From an uncultured Spirochaetota bacterium (GTDB taxonomy: Bacteria > Spirochaetota > Spirochaetia > SZUA-6 > CAVTHK01), in the NCBI GenBank assembly GCA_963734495.1, contig CAVTHK010000003.1:32001-96000 (forward strand): a stretch of 64,000 nucleotides of DNA, in the 5' to 3' direction. Under the pieces are notes generated by a model. It was given only the letters and a program-made list of their open reading frames with translations, made no database searches and was not told where the DNA came from. Both the position numbers and the translations under genes were made by a program. Of this stretch, positions 48,401 to 58,825 are shown in pieces (the stretch's first letter is position 1; each line of letters opens with the position of its first letter).

Positions 48401-49534
48401 GTGATCGGCAGGGTGTGGGCCGTGGCGCGGAAGGAGCTGCTTCAGTTGGGGCGTGACACGCGGTCGCTCGCGGTTCTTTTCTTCACGCCTGCCTTCCTTC
48501 TCGTGATGTTCGGCTATGCCGTGAGCCTCGACGTGAAGCACGTGCCCCTCGCGGTCGTCGACCTCGACCGGACGCCCGAGAGCCGGGCCTTCGTCAGGGC
48601 GTTCACCGCGACCGAATACTTCAGGGACTCCGGGGCCAGGCCGCAGGCCCCGCGCGAGGTGGACTCGCTGCTCGCTTCCGAGCGGGCGCGGCTGGCCATC
48701 GTGATCCCGCGGGGCTACGGCCGCGACGTGATCCGCGGCCAGCGGCGCGTCCGTGCAGGTGATCATAGACGCGGCCAACGCCTCGGCGGGCGCGGCCATG
48801 CTGGGCTACGTGGCCGGCATCTCCGAGGCGCAGGCGCTCGCGGCGGCGCCGGCCGGGGCCTCGCAGGCCGCCGCGGCCGGGCGGCCGCGCATCGAGCTGC
48901 GGCCCCGCATCTACTACAACCCGGAGCTTTCGAGCGCGGTTTACCTCGTGCCCGGCCTCGTGACGCTCATCATGATGATCACGGGCGTCGTCACGACCGC
49001 GCTCACCATCGTGCGCGAAAAGGAGCGGGGCACCATGGAGCAGGTCCTGGTGTCCCCCCTGAGGCCGGCGGAGCTCATCCTCGGAAAGACACTGCCCTAC
49101 ATGCTCGTCTCGCTGGTTTCCGCGGGCGCGGTGCTGACCGCGGGCGTGCTGCTGTTCCAGGTCCCCGTGCGGGGCAGCCTCCTCGGGCTGCTCCTGGTCA
49201 CGATCGTGTTCCTGGCCGCCTGCCTCGGGCTCGGGCTCCTGATCTCGAGCGTGGCGGCCACGCAGCAGGCCGCGTTCCTCATCTCGATCATCTCGACGCT
49301 GCTGCCGAGCTTCGTGCTGTCGGGCTTCGTCTTTCCGATCCGCAACATGCCGGTTCGCCGATCCGGCTGCTGACCTTCCTGATGCCGTCGCGCTACTACC
49401 TCGCGGCCATACGCGACATCCTGCTCAAGGGGGCGGGCGTCGCCGTGTGGTGGGACCAGGCGCTCGGGCTCGTGCTGTTCTCGGCCGCGGCCCTGGCCCT
49501 TTCGTCCGCGCTCATGCGCAGGAGGACCCTGTGA
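48401..49534 (+). CDS. ABC-2 permease, YbhS-like (frameshifted)
   Basis: KELLQL.RD, YYNPEL, VREKERGTMEQ..VSP, LSGFVFPI.NMP. Confidence 0.88.
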   Translation: MIGRVWAVARKELLQLGRDTRSLAVLFFTPAFLLVMFGYAVSLDVKHVPLAVVDLDRTPESRAFVRAFTATEYFRDSGARPQAPREVDSLLASERARLAIVIPRGYGRDVIRGQRRVRAGDHRRGQRLGGRGHAGLRGRHLRGAGARGGAGRGLAGRRGRAAAHRAAAPHLLQPGAFERGLPRARPRDAHHDDHGRRHDRAHHRARKGAGHHGAGPGVPPEAGGAHPRKDTALHARLAGFRGRGADRGRAAVPGPRAGQPPRAAPGHDRVPGRLPRARAPDLERGGHAAGRVPHLDHLDAAAELRAVGLRLSDPQHAGSPIRLLTFLMPSRYYLAAIRDILLKGAGVAVWWDQALGLVLFSAAALALSSALMRRRTL

Positions 49535-50653
49535 GCGGCCTCGGGCGGATGATCGTCAAGGAGCTGCAGCAGATCCGCAGGGACCGCAGGTTCCTCGCGA
49601 TCCTCTTCGTCTCGCCCGTGATCCAGCTCATCCTGCTCGGCTACGCCGCCAACCTGGACGTGAGGCAGATCCCGACCGTGGTCTGCGACTTCGACCGGAC
49701 CGCGGAGAGCCGGGAGCTCGCCGCGGGCCTGACCGCGTCGGGGTTCTTCGAGGCGACGGGCTCGCGTCGCCACGCTCCGCGACGCGGAGCAGGTGCTGCG
49801 TTCCGGCCGCGCGTGGCTGGTCCTGGTCATCCCCAGCGGCTACGGCAGGGACATCGTCGCCTCGCGGGCGGCGACGGTGGAGCTGCTGGTCGACGGCAGC
49901 GACTCGAGCGCGGCCACGATCGGCTCGAGCTACGCCGCGCAGGCCGTCGCGTTCGCGAGCCGGAAGCTCTTGTCCGACGCGCCCGCAAGGCTCCCGGGCA
50001 TCGCCCCCGTCATCGAGGTGCAGCCGCGGATCTGGTACAACCCGGAGCTGCGCAGCTCGCATTTCATGGTTCCGGGCATGCTGGGCCTGCTGCTGATGCT
50101 CGTGACGATGGTCCTCACCGCCCTCGCCATCGTCAAGGAGAAGGAGGCCGGCACGATGGAGCAGCTCGCGGTCACGCCCATCCGGCCCGCGGCGCTGATC
50201 CTCGGCAAGCTCATCCCCTTCGTGATGATCGGGCTGATCGACGTGCTCCTGGTGGTCGCGGCGGCGACGATCGTGTTCGGCCTTCCCATCAAGGGGAGCC
50301 TCTTCCTCCTGCTCGCGCTGTCGCTGCTCTTCATCCTCACGTCGCTCGGGCTCGGCCTGTTCGTCTCGACCCTGGCCCACACCCAGCAGCAGGCCATGAT
50401 GATGGCAGTCTTCTTCGTGATGGTGCCCATGGTCTTCCTCTCCGGCTTCGTGTTCCCCATCGAGAACATGCCGCCTTCGATCCAGGCCGTCACGTACCTG
50501 ATGCCCCTGCGCTACTACTTCACGATCGTGCGGGGGCTCTTCCTCAAGGGGGTGGGGCCCGCGGAGCTCTGGGACGAGGCCGCCGCCCTCGCGGTCTCCG
50601 GCGCCGTGGTCTTCGGGCTGAGCGTGCTGCGCTTCCGCAAGCGCCTGCAGTAG
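49531..50653 (+). CDS. ABC-2 permease, YbhR-like (frameshift ~49765)
   Basis: KELQQIRRD, WYNPEL, KEKEAGTMEQL.VTP, SGFVFPIENMP. Confidence 0.88.
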
Positions 50654-50681
50654 CGGCCGGGCGGCGCGGCCGCCGGCGGGC

Positions 50682-51287
50682 TCACGCCTCGATCCGGAGG
50701 ATCCGCCCCCAGCGCGAGCGCGGCCGCGAGGCGGTCCAGTCGAAGACTTCGCCGCGGCCGCTGCGGGTAAAGGAGCGGGCCAGCCGCTCGAAAGGGCTGC
50801 GGCCGGGATCGGCGATGAGCACCAGCCTGACGCCGGCCGCGAGAGCTTTGCGGATGACGCCGCGCAGCGTCGGCACGAGCGAATCCCAGAAGCAGATGTC
50901 CGACCCGATGAGCACGTCGGTCCGGGCGAGGTAGGCGGGAGCGAGCGAGGCGAACCCGACCTGCAGCTCCCGGATGCGCACGCCGTTCGCGGATGCGTGC
51001 AGGCGCAGGAACTCGAAGACGTCGGGATCCTTGTCCACGGCGGTCACGCGGGCCCCGTACTTGCGCGCGCAGTAGATCCCGGTGAGGCCCCACCCGGCGC
51101 CGAGCTCGAGCAGACGGCGGCGGCGCGGCAGCGGCCGCCGGCTCAGGTAGTCGATGAGCAGCCAGCTCGAGGGCCAGTGCTTGTTGCCGTGGATGGAGGG
51201 CACCGCGGAGCGCTTGAGCTTGCGGACTTCGGGATGGGTGGAGAGGAGGGCGCGCACCCCGTAGGCGCGGATCATCGTCCTGGGCAT
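50682..51287 (-). CDS. Class I SAM-dependent methyltransferase (Methyltransf_16-like)
   Basis: WPSS..L, LELGAGWGLTG, IGSDICF, IADPGR. Confidence 0.85.
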   Translation of the reverse strand: MPRTMIRAYGVRALLSTHPEVRKLKRSAVPSIHGNKHWPSSWLLIDYLSRRPLPRRRRLLELGAGWGLTGIYCARKYGARVTAVDKDPDVFEFLRLHASANGVRIRELQVGFASLAPAYLARTDVLIGSDICFWDSLVPTLRGVIRKALAAGVRLVLIADPGRSPFERLARSFTRSGRGEVFDWTASRPRSRWGRILRIEA

Positions 51288-51382
51288 ACGCGCACGATAG
51301 CGGCGCGGCGGGACGCTGGCAACAGGCGCGTGCCGGACCCGCGCCTTGCGGCCGCGCTCCCGCGCGCTGTAGTCTTTCCCGC

Positions 51383-52454
51383 GTGTTCGCGCTCAAGCCG
51401 GACTACGAGCAGGTGCTCGGCCGCTTCTCCGCCTGGTGGGAAGGGGCGGTGCTCGACCGCGCCGTCGCCTCCGTCAGCTATCCGAAGCCGCCGCGGGAGC
51501 GCGTCCCGCTGCCCGAGTCGCGGCATGCGAGCCTGCGCGACCGCTGGATGGACGCGGGCTACCAGGTCGCGCTGGCCGAGGCGACGTTCGCCAACACGGT
51601 GTTTGCCGGCGACGCCCTGCCCATCGTGCACCCCAACCTCGGGCCCGAGGTCTTTTCCGCCTTCTACGGCTGCCCGCTGGAATTCGGCGAGACCACGTCC
51701 TGGAGCCGGCCGCATCCTCGAGAGCTGGAGCGACGCCGCGTCGCTGCGGCTGGACGCGAGGAACGAGTACTTCCGCGCGATCCTCGAGATCACGGACGCC
51801 CTGATCGAAGCGGGCCGCGGCCGCTTTATCGTGGGGTACACCGACATCCACCCCGGCGGCGACGCCGTCGCGGCGTTCCGCGACCCGCAGCAGCTCTGCA
51901 TCGACCTGCTCGAGCAGCCGGGAGCCGTCCGCGACCTGGTCGAGCGCGTGACGGACGACTTCATTTTATTGTTCGACCTCTACCATGAGAGGCTCGCGGC
52001 CGCCGGAATGCCGAGCACGACCTGGCTGCACGCCGTCTCGCCCGGCAGGATGCACGTGCCGTCCAACGATTTCTCCTGCATGATCTCGCGCGCCGCCTTC
52101 GAAGAGATCTTCCTGCCGGGCCTGTTGCGCGAGTGCGGGCACATGACCCACAACATCTACCACCTGGACGGGCCCCAGGCGCTCCGTTTCCTCGACCTTC
52201 TTCTCGAGATCCGCGAGATCCACGCGATCCAGTGGGTGGCGGGCGCGAACAGGGACCGGTGGAGCGACTGGATCGACGTCTATCGCCGCATCCAGAGGGC
52301 GGGCCGCTCGTTCGTCGTGACGCTGCCGGCCGCCGATCTGGGCCTCGCCTTCGAGGTGCTGAGGCCCGAGGGCGCGTGGCTCTCGATCACAGGCGTGCGC
52401 GACGCCGCGGGTGCCGAGGCGGCGCTCGCCGCGGTGAGGCGCTGGAGCCTGTAG
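51383..52454 (+). CDS. URO-D/methylcobamide methyltransferase-like protein, paralog of 30940 (frameshift ~51708)
   Basis: AWWEG.VLDR, NLGPE, PSNDFSCMIS, YHLDGP.A, IQWV.G. Confidence 0.75.
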
Positions 52455-52542
52455 GCCGCGTCCCCGCCGACTCCGCGGGGCAATCCATGCAATCCATGAC
52501 AGGCCCGCCGGTTTAGTAGCTTAGCAGGAGAGGAATGCCTCG

Positions 52543-53562
52543 ATGAGAACCGAACCTGCGACCGTCGTCGACCCGGGCTCGTCCGACGAAGCCTGCATGC
52601 GCGACCTGGCGCTCCGCAAGCGCGAAGCGCTCAAGCCGCTCTTTGCCCGCTACGCGCCCCTCGTGTTCCACATCGCGGCGCAGAGCCTCGGATCCGATGC
52701 GGCCGAGGACATCGTTCAGGACGTCTTCCTCTCCGTGTGGCGCAAGGCGGAGACCTTCGATCCGCGCCGGGGCGCTTTCCGCCCGTGGCTGCTGCAGATA
52801 GCGCACTACCGCGTCCTCAACGAGCTGCGATCGCGCAGGCGCAGGCCGCGCCTCGATCCCGCGGTCGACGGCGAGGCGCTCGACGAGATCCCGGGCGTCG
52901 ACGGCGAGCCGGTCGAGGCGGTGTGGCGCTCATACCGCAGCGAAGCGGTGCGCGCCGCCGTGGAGAAGCTGCCGCCGCAGCAGCGCCAGGCCCTGAGCCT
53001 CGCCTTCTTCGAGGAGCTCAGCCACGACCAGGTCGCGGCGGTCCTCAACCTCCCGCTGGGGACGGTCAAGTCCCGCATCAGGGCCGCCCTGCACAGGCTG
53101 CGATTCCGGCTCGCGCCGCTGAGCGCGGCGGTCCTCGCGCTGGCGGTGCTCGGAGGGGCGGGCGCGTGGCTCTTTGTGCAGCGCCCCGCGCAGCAGCGCG
53201 CGGGCCGGGCGCTCGCCATGGTGACGGCAAGCGACATCACGACGATCCACGTGCCGCCCGCGTCGGGCGCCCCGCCCGCGACCCATGGCTCCTACAGGGG
53301 CAGGCCCGGAACGCCGACGGCCGTTCTCGCGCTGCACAGCTTCGCAAAGGCTCCCGCCGGAAAGACCTACCAGGCGTGGGTCTCCAGCGGCGGCCTGTGG
53401 ACCTCGATGGGCACGGCGACGCCTGATGCCGAAGGGAACGCGGTGGTCGTGGCCGAGGGCGAGGCGTTCACGCAGCTGCCTCTTGTCGTCGAGGTCACGG
53501 TGGAGCCCAGAGGCGGCAGCGCGCAGCCGACGGGACCGGCCATCATCCTCTGGACTCGATGA
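52543..53562 (+). CDS. ECF sigma factor fused to a TM helix and RskA-like C-terminal domain
   Basis: sigma2 AEDIVQDVFL.VWRKA..FD; sigma4 LP.QQR.AL.LAFF...LPLGTVKSRIR; TM AVLALAVLGGAGAWL; YQAW...EVTVEPRGGS.QPTGP. Confidence 0.88.
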   Translation: MRTEPATVVDPGSSDEACMRDLALRKREALKPLFARYAPLVFHIAAQSLGSDAAEDIVQDVFLSVWRKAETFDPRRGAFRPWLLQIAHYRVLNELRSRRRRPRLDPAVDGEALDEIPGVDGEPVEAVWRSYRSEAVRAAVEKLPPQQRQALSLAFFEELSHDQVAAVLNLPLGTVKSRIRAALHRLRFRLAPLSAAVLALAVLGGAGAWLFVQRPAQQRAGRALAMVTASDITTIHVPPASGAPPATHGSYRGRPGTPTAVLALHSFAKAPAGKTYQAWVSSGGLWTSMGTATPDAEGNAVVVAEGEAFTQLPLVVEVTVEPRGGSAQPTGPAIILWTR

Positions 53563-53686
53563 ACGCGCGGGACGCAGCGAACGTCCGGTGATCCGATCGC
53601 GCGCTCGCGGTGTAGACGGTGGTGTAAGGCACGCCGGCTCGCACCGCAGTGGCAGACACAAAGAGCGCGGCGTGAGGAAGGACGCC

Positions 53687-54961
53687 ATGAGATTCCCAAG
53701 GAAGCTCTCCTTGAAGGTTTCGGCACGGATGGCAGGCCTCGCGTTCGGCCTGGTCCTCGCCGTTTTCGCGACTGCCGGCGCGAGCGCCGCCGGGCCCAAG
53801 GCGTACGTGGGCCTGTTCAAGGACAACGCCGTCGCCGTGATCGATACGGGCACCGACCGGCTGCTGAGCACCATCCCGATCCCGCCTGGTCCGCACGGCC
53901 TGGTGATGGCCCCCGACGGTTCCACCGTGTACGCGAGCAGCGACGGCGACTCCACGGTAAGCGTGATCGATACGGCGCGGGACGCCGTCACCTCCAGCAT
54001 CCAGGTCGGTCAGTCCCCACACGGCCTTGCGATCACCCCGGACGGCGGGACCGTGCTGGCCGCCGTGTTCGGCGCGAGCCAGGTGGTCTCCATAGACACG
54101 GCGACGCGGACGGTCTCCGGTTCGGTCGCCGTGGCCAGTCCCCACAACATCGCGATGAGCCCCGACGGCCGGACCGCTTACGTGGCCGCGCAGGGCAAGG
54201 GCGCCCTGGCGATCGTCGTCCTGGACGTCGCGACGCTGCGCCAGACGGGAATCGTGCCGCTGGACAAGACCCCCCGGGCCCTGAGCGTGAGCCCCGACGG
54301 AAGGGACCTCTACTTTACGCTCGCGGGCTCCGACGCCGTGCAGGTGCTCGACACCGCGACGAACGCGATCGTCCACCGCGTGCCCGTGGGCGCCTCGCCG
54401 CATCTCCCGCTCGCCGACGCGAGGGAGGTGCTCGTCGTGAGCCAGGGCCCCGGGACGCTGTCGCTCATCGACCCGGCGACCGAGAAGGTGAGCGGAATCG
54501 TGAAGGTCGGCACCCTCCCGCACTGGATCGCGCCGGCGCGCGGCGGCCACTCCGCATGGGTCACCGACGAAGGCTCCAACGACGTCTCGGTCGTGGATCT
54601 CGACTCGATGACCGTGGTTGCCACGATCCCGGTGGGCAACGCCCCCCGCAAGATCGTCGTGCAGCCGGGCGCGGCGGTGAGCTCGCTCGCCCCGCGGTCC
54701 GTGGTCGCGGTGCAGACGAGGATCTCGGGGTTCGCCTTTGACGACACGGTCGCCGTCACCGCCGGCGGCTCCGTCACCTGGACCAATGCGGACCCCGTGC
54801 CGCACACGGTCACGAGCGACACGGGGCTCTGGGCTTCGGGCGACATCGCCGCGGGGGCGCGCTTCTCGATGCGCTTCACTACCCCCGGCAGCTACGGCTA
54901 CCACTGCGAGAACCATCCCTCCATGCAGGGTACCGTGGTCGTGAATTCCGCGGCCTCATAG
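53687..54961 (+). CDS. Exported YVTN beta-propeller protein with C-terminal type-1 copper (plastocyanin-like) domain
   Basis: Repeats of VSVID.....I.VG..P.G.A..PDG; N.D.VPHTV...YHCENHPSM.G ligand set. Confidence 0.88.
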   Translation: MRFPRKLSLKVSARMAGLAFGLVLAVFATAGASAAGPKAYVGLFKDNAVAVIDTGTDRLLSTIPIPPGPHGLVMAPDGSTVYASSDGDSTVSVIDTARDAVTSSIQVGQSPHGLAITPDGGTVLAAVFGASQVVSIDTATRTVSGSVAVASPHNIAMSPDGRTAYVAAQGKGALAIVVLDVATLRQTGIVPLDKTPRALSVSPDGRDLYFTLAGSDAVQVLDTATNAIVHRVPVGASPHLPLADAREVLVVSQGPGTLSLIDPATEKVSGIVKVGTLPHWIAPARGGHSAWVTDEGSNDVSVVDLDSMTVVATIPVGNAPRKIVVQPGAAVSSLAPRSVVAVQTRISGFAFDDTVAVTAGGSVTWTNADPVPHTVTSDTGLWASGDIAAGARFSMRFTTPGSYGYHCENHPSMQGTVVVNSAAS

Positions 54962-55203
54962 TCGAAATTGAAGGAAGGCTCGCCGCCGGCGACGGCTGAT
55001 GATCGGCCGTCGTCGACGGCGGCGCCGCCTCGCAGCCGCACCCGCCGCATCTCCGCGCCGGGGCCGGCCGCACTGCGTCGTCCGACGCCGCTGCGGGCTG
55101 GGCACGCCGGCGAGGGCTCGCTACTCTTCCCGGTATGGGCACGACTTCCTGTCACGGAGCGGGAGACAGCCCCGACGCCTCCCGGCCTCTCGAGGGAGCA
55201 CGA

Positions 55204-55734
55204 ATGAACGCGCTGTTCTCCGCCGGCAGGTTCACGGTGCGGCCCGTCGCGAGCGGCGACGTGGCATCGACGCTGCAGGTGTACGAGCAGTGCGAAGACT
55301 TCCTGTCGCTCGGCCCTGTCCCGAAGGCCTCGCGCGCCATGGTCCTCGCCGACATCGAACACTCCGCGCAGGCAGGCGGCGTCTACTGCGGCATCTGGGA
55401 CGAAGCGGGGACGCAGATCGGAATCCTCGACTTCGTTCCGGAAGCGGGCGAACGAACCAGCTTCCTCTCGCTGCTGATGATCTCGGGGCCGCACAGGCGC
55501 AAAGGTCTTGGAAGCGCGGTGCTCGCCGCTCTCGAGTCCCATCTTGCGACGAGGTATGGGACGCTTGTGCTCGAATCCGGGGTGCAGGTCAGCAACGGAC
55601 CGGGCATCGCGTTCTGGGAGAAGCACGGCTTTCGGATAGACCGCGATCCCAGGCCGATGAGTGACGGAACGACGGCCTACGCGATGTCCAAAAGGGTCTC
55701 CGCGGGTTCGGTGCCTGCGTCGGCGCCGCCGTGA
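55204..55734 (+). CDS. GNAT acetyltransferase
   Basis: LMI...RRKGLG, N..GIAFWEKHGF. Confidence 0.88.
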   Translation: MNALFSAGRFTVRPVASGDVASTLQVYEQCEDFLSLGPVPKASRAMVLADIEHSAQAGGVYCGIWDEAGTQIGILDFVPEAGERTSFLSLLMISGPHRRKGLGSAVLAALESHLATRYGTLVLESGVQVSNGPGIAFWEKHGFRIDRDPRPMSDGTTAYAMSKRVSAGSVPASAPP

Positions 55735-55830
55735 ACGTGATTTCGTGGCCCAGGCCGGACAAGGAGGCCGGGCTGCGGCGGTTGACGCGGCGGGCGGGCG
55801 AATGATACGGCGTGACGCGGAGGAGGGCGC

Positions 55831-56205
55831 ATGGCAGCGGAAACGGAGTACTCGATCAACCTCGCTGAGAGGTTCGGTCCCCTCGAGCTCATCGACGCCG
55901 CGAAGCTGGCGGCCGAAGTGAAGGACGAATGGTTCAACCAGACCCTGTGCCGCGTCAACGATTGCGTCGTGCGCCTGGGAGTGTTCAAGAAGGGGGAGTT
56001 TCACTGGCACAAGCACGACAAGGAGGACGAGTTCTTCCTTGTCCTGCAGGGGACCTTCATCATTGATCTCGAGAAAGAGCGCGTCATCCTCGGACCTCAC
56101 CAGGGCTTCATGGTCCCGAGAGGCACGGTCCACAAGACGAGCGTCGCGGAGCCCGCCGTGGTCATCATGGTGGAGGCGGCCACGGTCAAGCCGACCGGGG
56201 ACTGA
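55831..56205 (+). CDS. Cupin domain protein
   Basis: GEFHWHKH..EDEFF.VL.G, VPRG..H. Confidence 0.92.
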   Translation: MAAETEYSINLAERFGPLELIDAAKLAAEVKDEWFNQTLCRVNDCVVRLGVFKKGEFHWHKHDKEDEFFLVLQGTFIIDLEKERVILGPHQGFMVPRGTVHKTSVAEPAVVIMVEAATVKPTGD

Positions 56206-56223
56206 CCGAGGAGGGCCGAGGCG

Positions 56224-56832
56224 ATGGACGACGAGAGCCTTCGCGTGATCCTCGTCGGCGGCACATCCCACACCGGGAAATCGACGCTGGCAGACGGGCT
56301 CGCGGGCCGGCTGGGCTGGGAGCACCTGTTCACCGACACCCTGAAGCGTCACCCTGGCAGGCCGTGGAAGACGCCGCAGCGCGAGGTGCCCGAACACGTC
56401 GCTGAGCACTACCTGTCGCTGCCGGTCGAAGAGCTGCTGGCGGACGTTCTCAGGCACTATGGGAGCCTTTGGCCCCGCATTCAGGACATCGTCTCGGCGC
56501 GCCTCGCCGACCGATCGCAGCCCGGCCTCGTGATCGAGGGCTCGGCGGTCTGGCCGGAGAGCGCGGCATCGCTGCCGTCGCGCCGCGTCGCCGCCGTCTG
56601 GCTCACGGCGGGCGACGGCTTCCTGCGGGAGCGAATCCGGGCATCGAGCGGATTCGCGGCCGCGTCGCCCCGCGAGCGGGCGATGATCACGAAGTTCGTG
56701 GAGCGAGCGATCGCTTTCAATTCCCGCATGATGGAAGCCGTGCGGCGGCTCGGGCTCGGCAGCCTGAACGTCGAGGGTCTTTCCCCGGTCGGTCTGTGCG
56801 CCGCGTGCCTCGAGCTCGTCGGATGTCGCTGA
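56224..56832 (+). CDS. P-loop kinase-like protein (2-phosphoglycerate kinase-like)
   Basis: VILVGGTSHTGKSTLA, LVIEGS. Confidence 0.75.
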   Translation: MDDESLRVILVGGTSHTGKSTLADGLAGRLGWEHLFTDTLKRHPGRPWKTPQREVPEHVAEHYLSLPVEELLADVLRHYGSLWPRIQDIVSARLADRSQPGLVIEGSAVWPESAASLPSRRVAAVWLTAGDGFLRERIRASSGFAAASPRERAMITKFVERAIAFNSRMMEAVRRLGLGSLNVEGLSPVGLCAACLELVGCR

Positions 56833-56841
56833 GCCGGCGAC

Positions 56842-57402
56842 CTACGCCGCCGGCTCGTAGCAGAGCAGCACGTTCCCGTTGGCGAAGGCCCGCGTCTTCG
56901 TCAGCTTGAGAGGCAGCCTTTTCGAGACGCCGTCGAACAGAAGCTTTCCCTGGCCGAGGACGACCGGGTAGACGACGATCTGGTATTCGTCGATCAGGCC
57001 TTCGCGGGCGAGCTGAGAGACGATGCTGCCGCTGCCCAGGATCGCCATCCCCCTTCCGTTCTCTTTCTTCATCCGGCGGACCTCCGCAGCCAGGTCGCTC
57101 TTGACCACCCGGGTGTTGCTCCATGTCGCCTCCCCGAGCGTCTTCGAGAACACGACCTTCGGCAGCGCGTTCATCCGTTCGGCGACCACGGGCTCGTTCC
57201 GCATCGCCATCGGCGTCGGCCAGTATTGGATCATCAGCTCGTACGTCTTGCGCCCGAACAGCAGCGTTCCCCCGCCGCTGGCGTTGCCCGCCACGAACGT
57301 GTTCCACTCGGGGTCGCTCCTGTGAGCCCAGCTCAAGTCGCCGTCCGCGCCGGCAAAGAAGCCGTCCAGCGTCACCATGCTGAAAGCAGACAGTCTCTGC
57401 AT
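56842..57402 (-). CDS. Dihydrofolate reductase/RibD C-terminal family protein
   Basis: TLDGF, LFGRKTYE, GSGSIV, LIDEY...YPVVLG.G. Confidence 0.92.
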   Translation of the reverse strand: MQRLSAFSMVTLDGFFAGADGDLSWAHRSDPEWNTFVAGNASGGGTLLFGRKTYELMIQYWPTPMAMRNEPVVAERMNALPKVVFSKTLGEATWSNTRVVKSDLAAEVRRMKKENGRGMAILGSGSIVSQLAREGLIDEYQIVVYPVVLGQGKLLFDGVSKRLPLKLTKTRAFANGNVLLCYEPAA

Positions 57403-57445
57403 GTCACTCCTCCTTGGTCCCCGATCGCGGGGCTCTGCCATGACA

Positions 57446-58226
57446 TCACACGTCCGGGTGCGGACCCAGGTACTGCAGCGAGCCGGGCGTCGTCAGCAGC
57501 TCGCCCGTCTCCAGCAGGGTCTTCAGCCCGGACAGGACCATCGGCCAGCCGCCGTAGAGCTCGGGGCGCGCCCCGTCGCGAAGCTGGTCGTGGGTGACCG
57601 TGAGCCGGCACGAATCGCCGACCGGCTCGATCTCCCAGGTGACCCGCGAGGTCCCCTCGCTCTTCGCGTCGTCGCTCCAGAGCGCCCGATAGCTCTGGAC
57701 GAGCCTGCGCGGCGGATCGACCTCCAGGTTCTCGCCGTCGAAGATCGTCATGTCGGGCCGCTGGCGCGGGATGCCCTTGTAGCGCGAGCCGGGCTTCCAG
57801 TCCGATATCACCTCCACCCCGAAGTTGTACTTCCGCCTCATCCCGGGGTCGGTGATCGCCTGCCACAGGCGCTCCGGCGTCGTCTTTATGTAGATCTCGA
57901 AGACCTTCTCCATAGATCCCTCCTCGATCCGTTTCTTGAGCCCGGTCAGCGTCTGCCGTCCAGGGCTCCGTGTACTTGTCTATCCATCGATCATGGATCA
58001 GGCGGATCGGCACCGGGTTCAGGAAGTGCAGCTTTTCGCGGCCGCGCCGCTTCGTGACGATGAGGCGCGCCTCCTCGAGCACGCGCAGGTGCTTCATGAC
58101 GCCGAACCGGGTCATGGTCGCCCGCCGCCCGAGCGCGCTGAGCGTCTGCCCGTCCCGCTTGAACAGCTCGTCGAGGAGCCTTCGGCGCGTCGGGTCGGCG
58201 AGGGCGCGGAACACCGCATCATCCAC
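57446..58226 (-). CDS. ArsR-SRPBCC (Aha1-like) protein, probably fused (frameshift ~57953), with internal RBS/ATG at 57913
   Basis: VFRALADPTRR.LL..MKHLRVLEEA..GREK.HFLNPVPI; removing one base gives EPWTATLTGLKKRIEEGSMEKVFEIYI in frame with SRPBCC. Confidence 0.82.
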
Positions 58227-58232
58227 GCGGGA

Positions 58233-58262
58233 AATATATGTGACCAATTGGTCACCTGTCAA
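58233..58262 (-). promoter_or_regulatory. Promoter with ArsR-type palindromic operator
   Basis: Minus strand TTGACA-18-TATATT; perfect palindrome GTGACCAATTGGTCAC (58240-58255) in the spacer. Confidence 0.75.
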
Positions 58263-58776
58263 GCGCGGACTCGACGACGGAGGCTCGGGCGTGAGGCGGG
58301 CCGCCCGCGCGGGCTGATCCGATGGGGACAACCGGCGGGAGAAGAAGATGCCCCTGGGGTACCTGGTCCGCAGCGACGCGGTCACCGCGGTGCCTCCCAC
58401 CTCCACGGGCTGGTCCGGACCGGGGAACTGCCAGATTCCCGGCGTCGCCGGCGTCGACGTGCAGCGCCACATACAGGAAGGTAGCGGCCCGTGCGTACGC
58501 GAGGCCTGTATTGTCGATGTTCACCCTGACCCATCGGTTGAGGCCGGGCTTGACCGCAGCGTGCCCGACCACCGATCCGGCTTCGTCGTCTCGCTTGGTG
58601 TAGACAGCGATCCAGCCGGGTCCAGGGCTCACGACGTCCTGCACGAGGATCGAATCGTTCTGGAGTCGCTGGTCGAAGAGCACGATCGAGGGCCTGGTCG
58701 GGTCCGGCGTGCTCTGACACCCCGTGACCGCCGCTGCCAGGGGGAGGAGGGCACAGAGCGCAAGCGCGACTTTCAT
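58252..58776 (-). CDS. Hypothetical lipoprotein (frameshifted; 3' end uncertain)
   Basis: Lipobox VTGC, GPGWIAV, LHVDAG..G...FPGPD.PV. Confidence 0.55.
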   Translation of the reverse strand: MKVALALCALLPLAAAVTGCQSTPDPTRPSIVLFDQRLQNDSILVQDVVSPGPGWIAVYTKRDDEAGSVVGHAAVKPGLNRWVRVNIDNTGLAYARAATFLYVALHVDAGDAGNLAVPRSGPARGGGRHRGDRVAADQVPQGHLLLPPVVPIGSARAGGPPHARASVVESALDR

Positions 58777-58825
58777 GGACATAGTGTACGCCTCTCGCCC
58801 GCACCGGGGAAGGGGAGGGGCGTCT

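Noticed and set aside
44164-48456. 1430-aa HlyD-ABC-ABC giant fusion
   Set aside because: Frameshift-created path through four separate genes with Arg/Gly/Pro-rich off-frame stretches
57372-58472. Lipoprotein-ArsR fusion ORF
   Set aside because: Crosses a clear promoter/operator and depends on frameshifts
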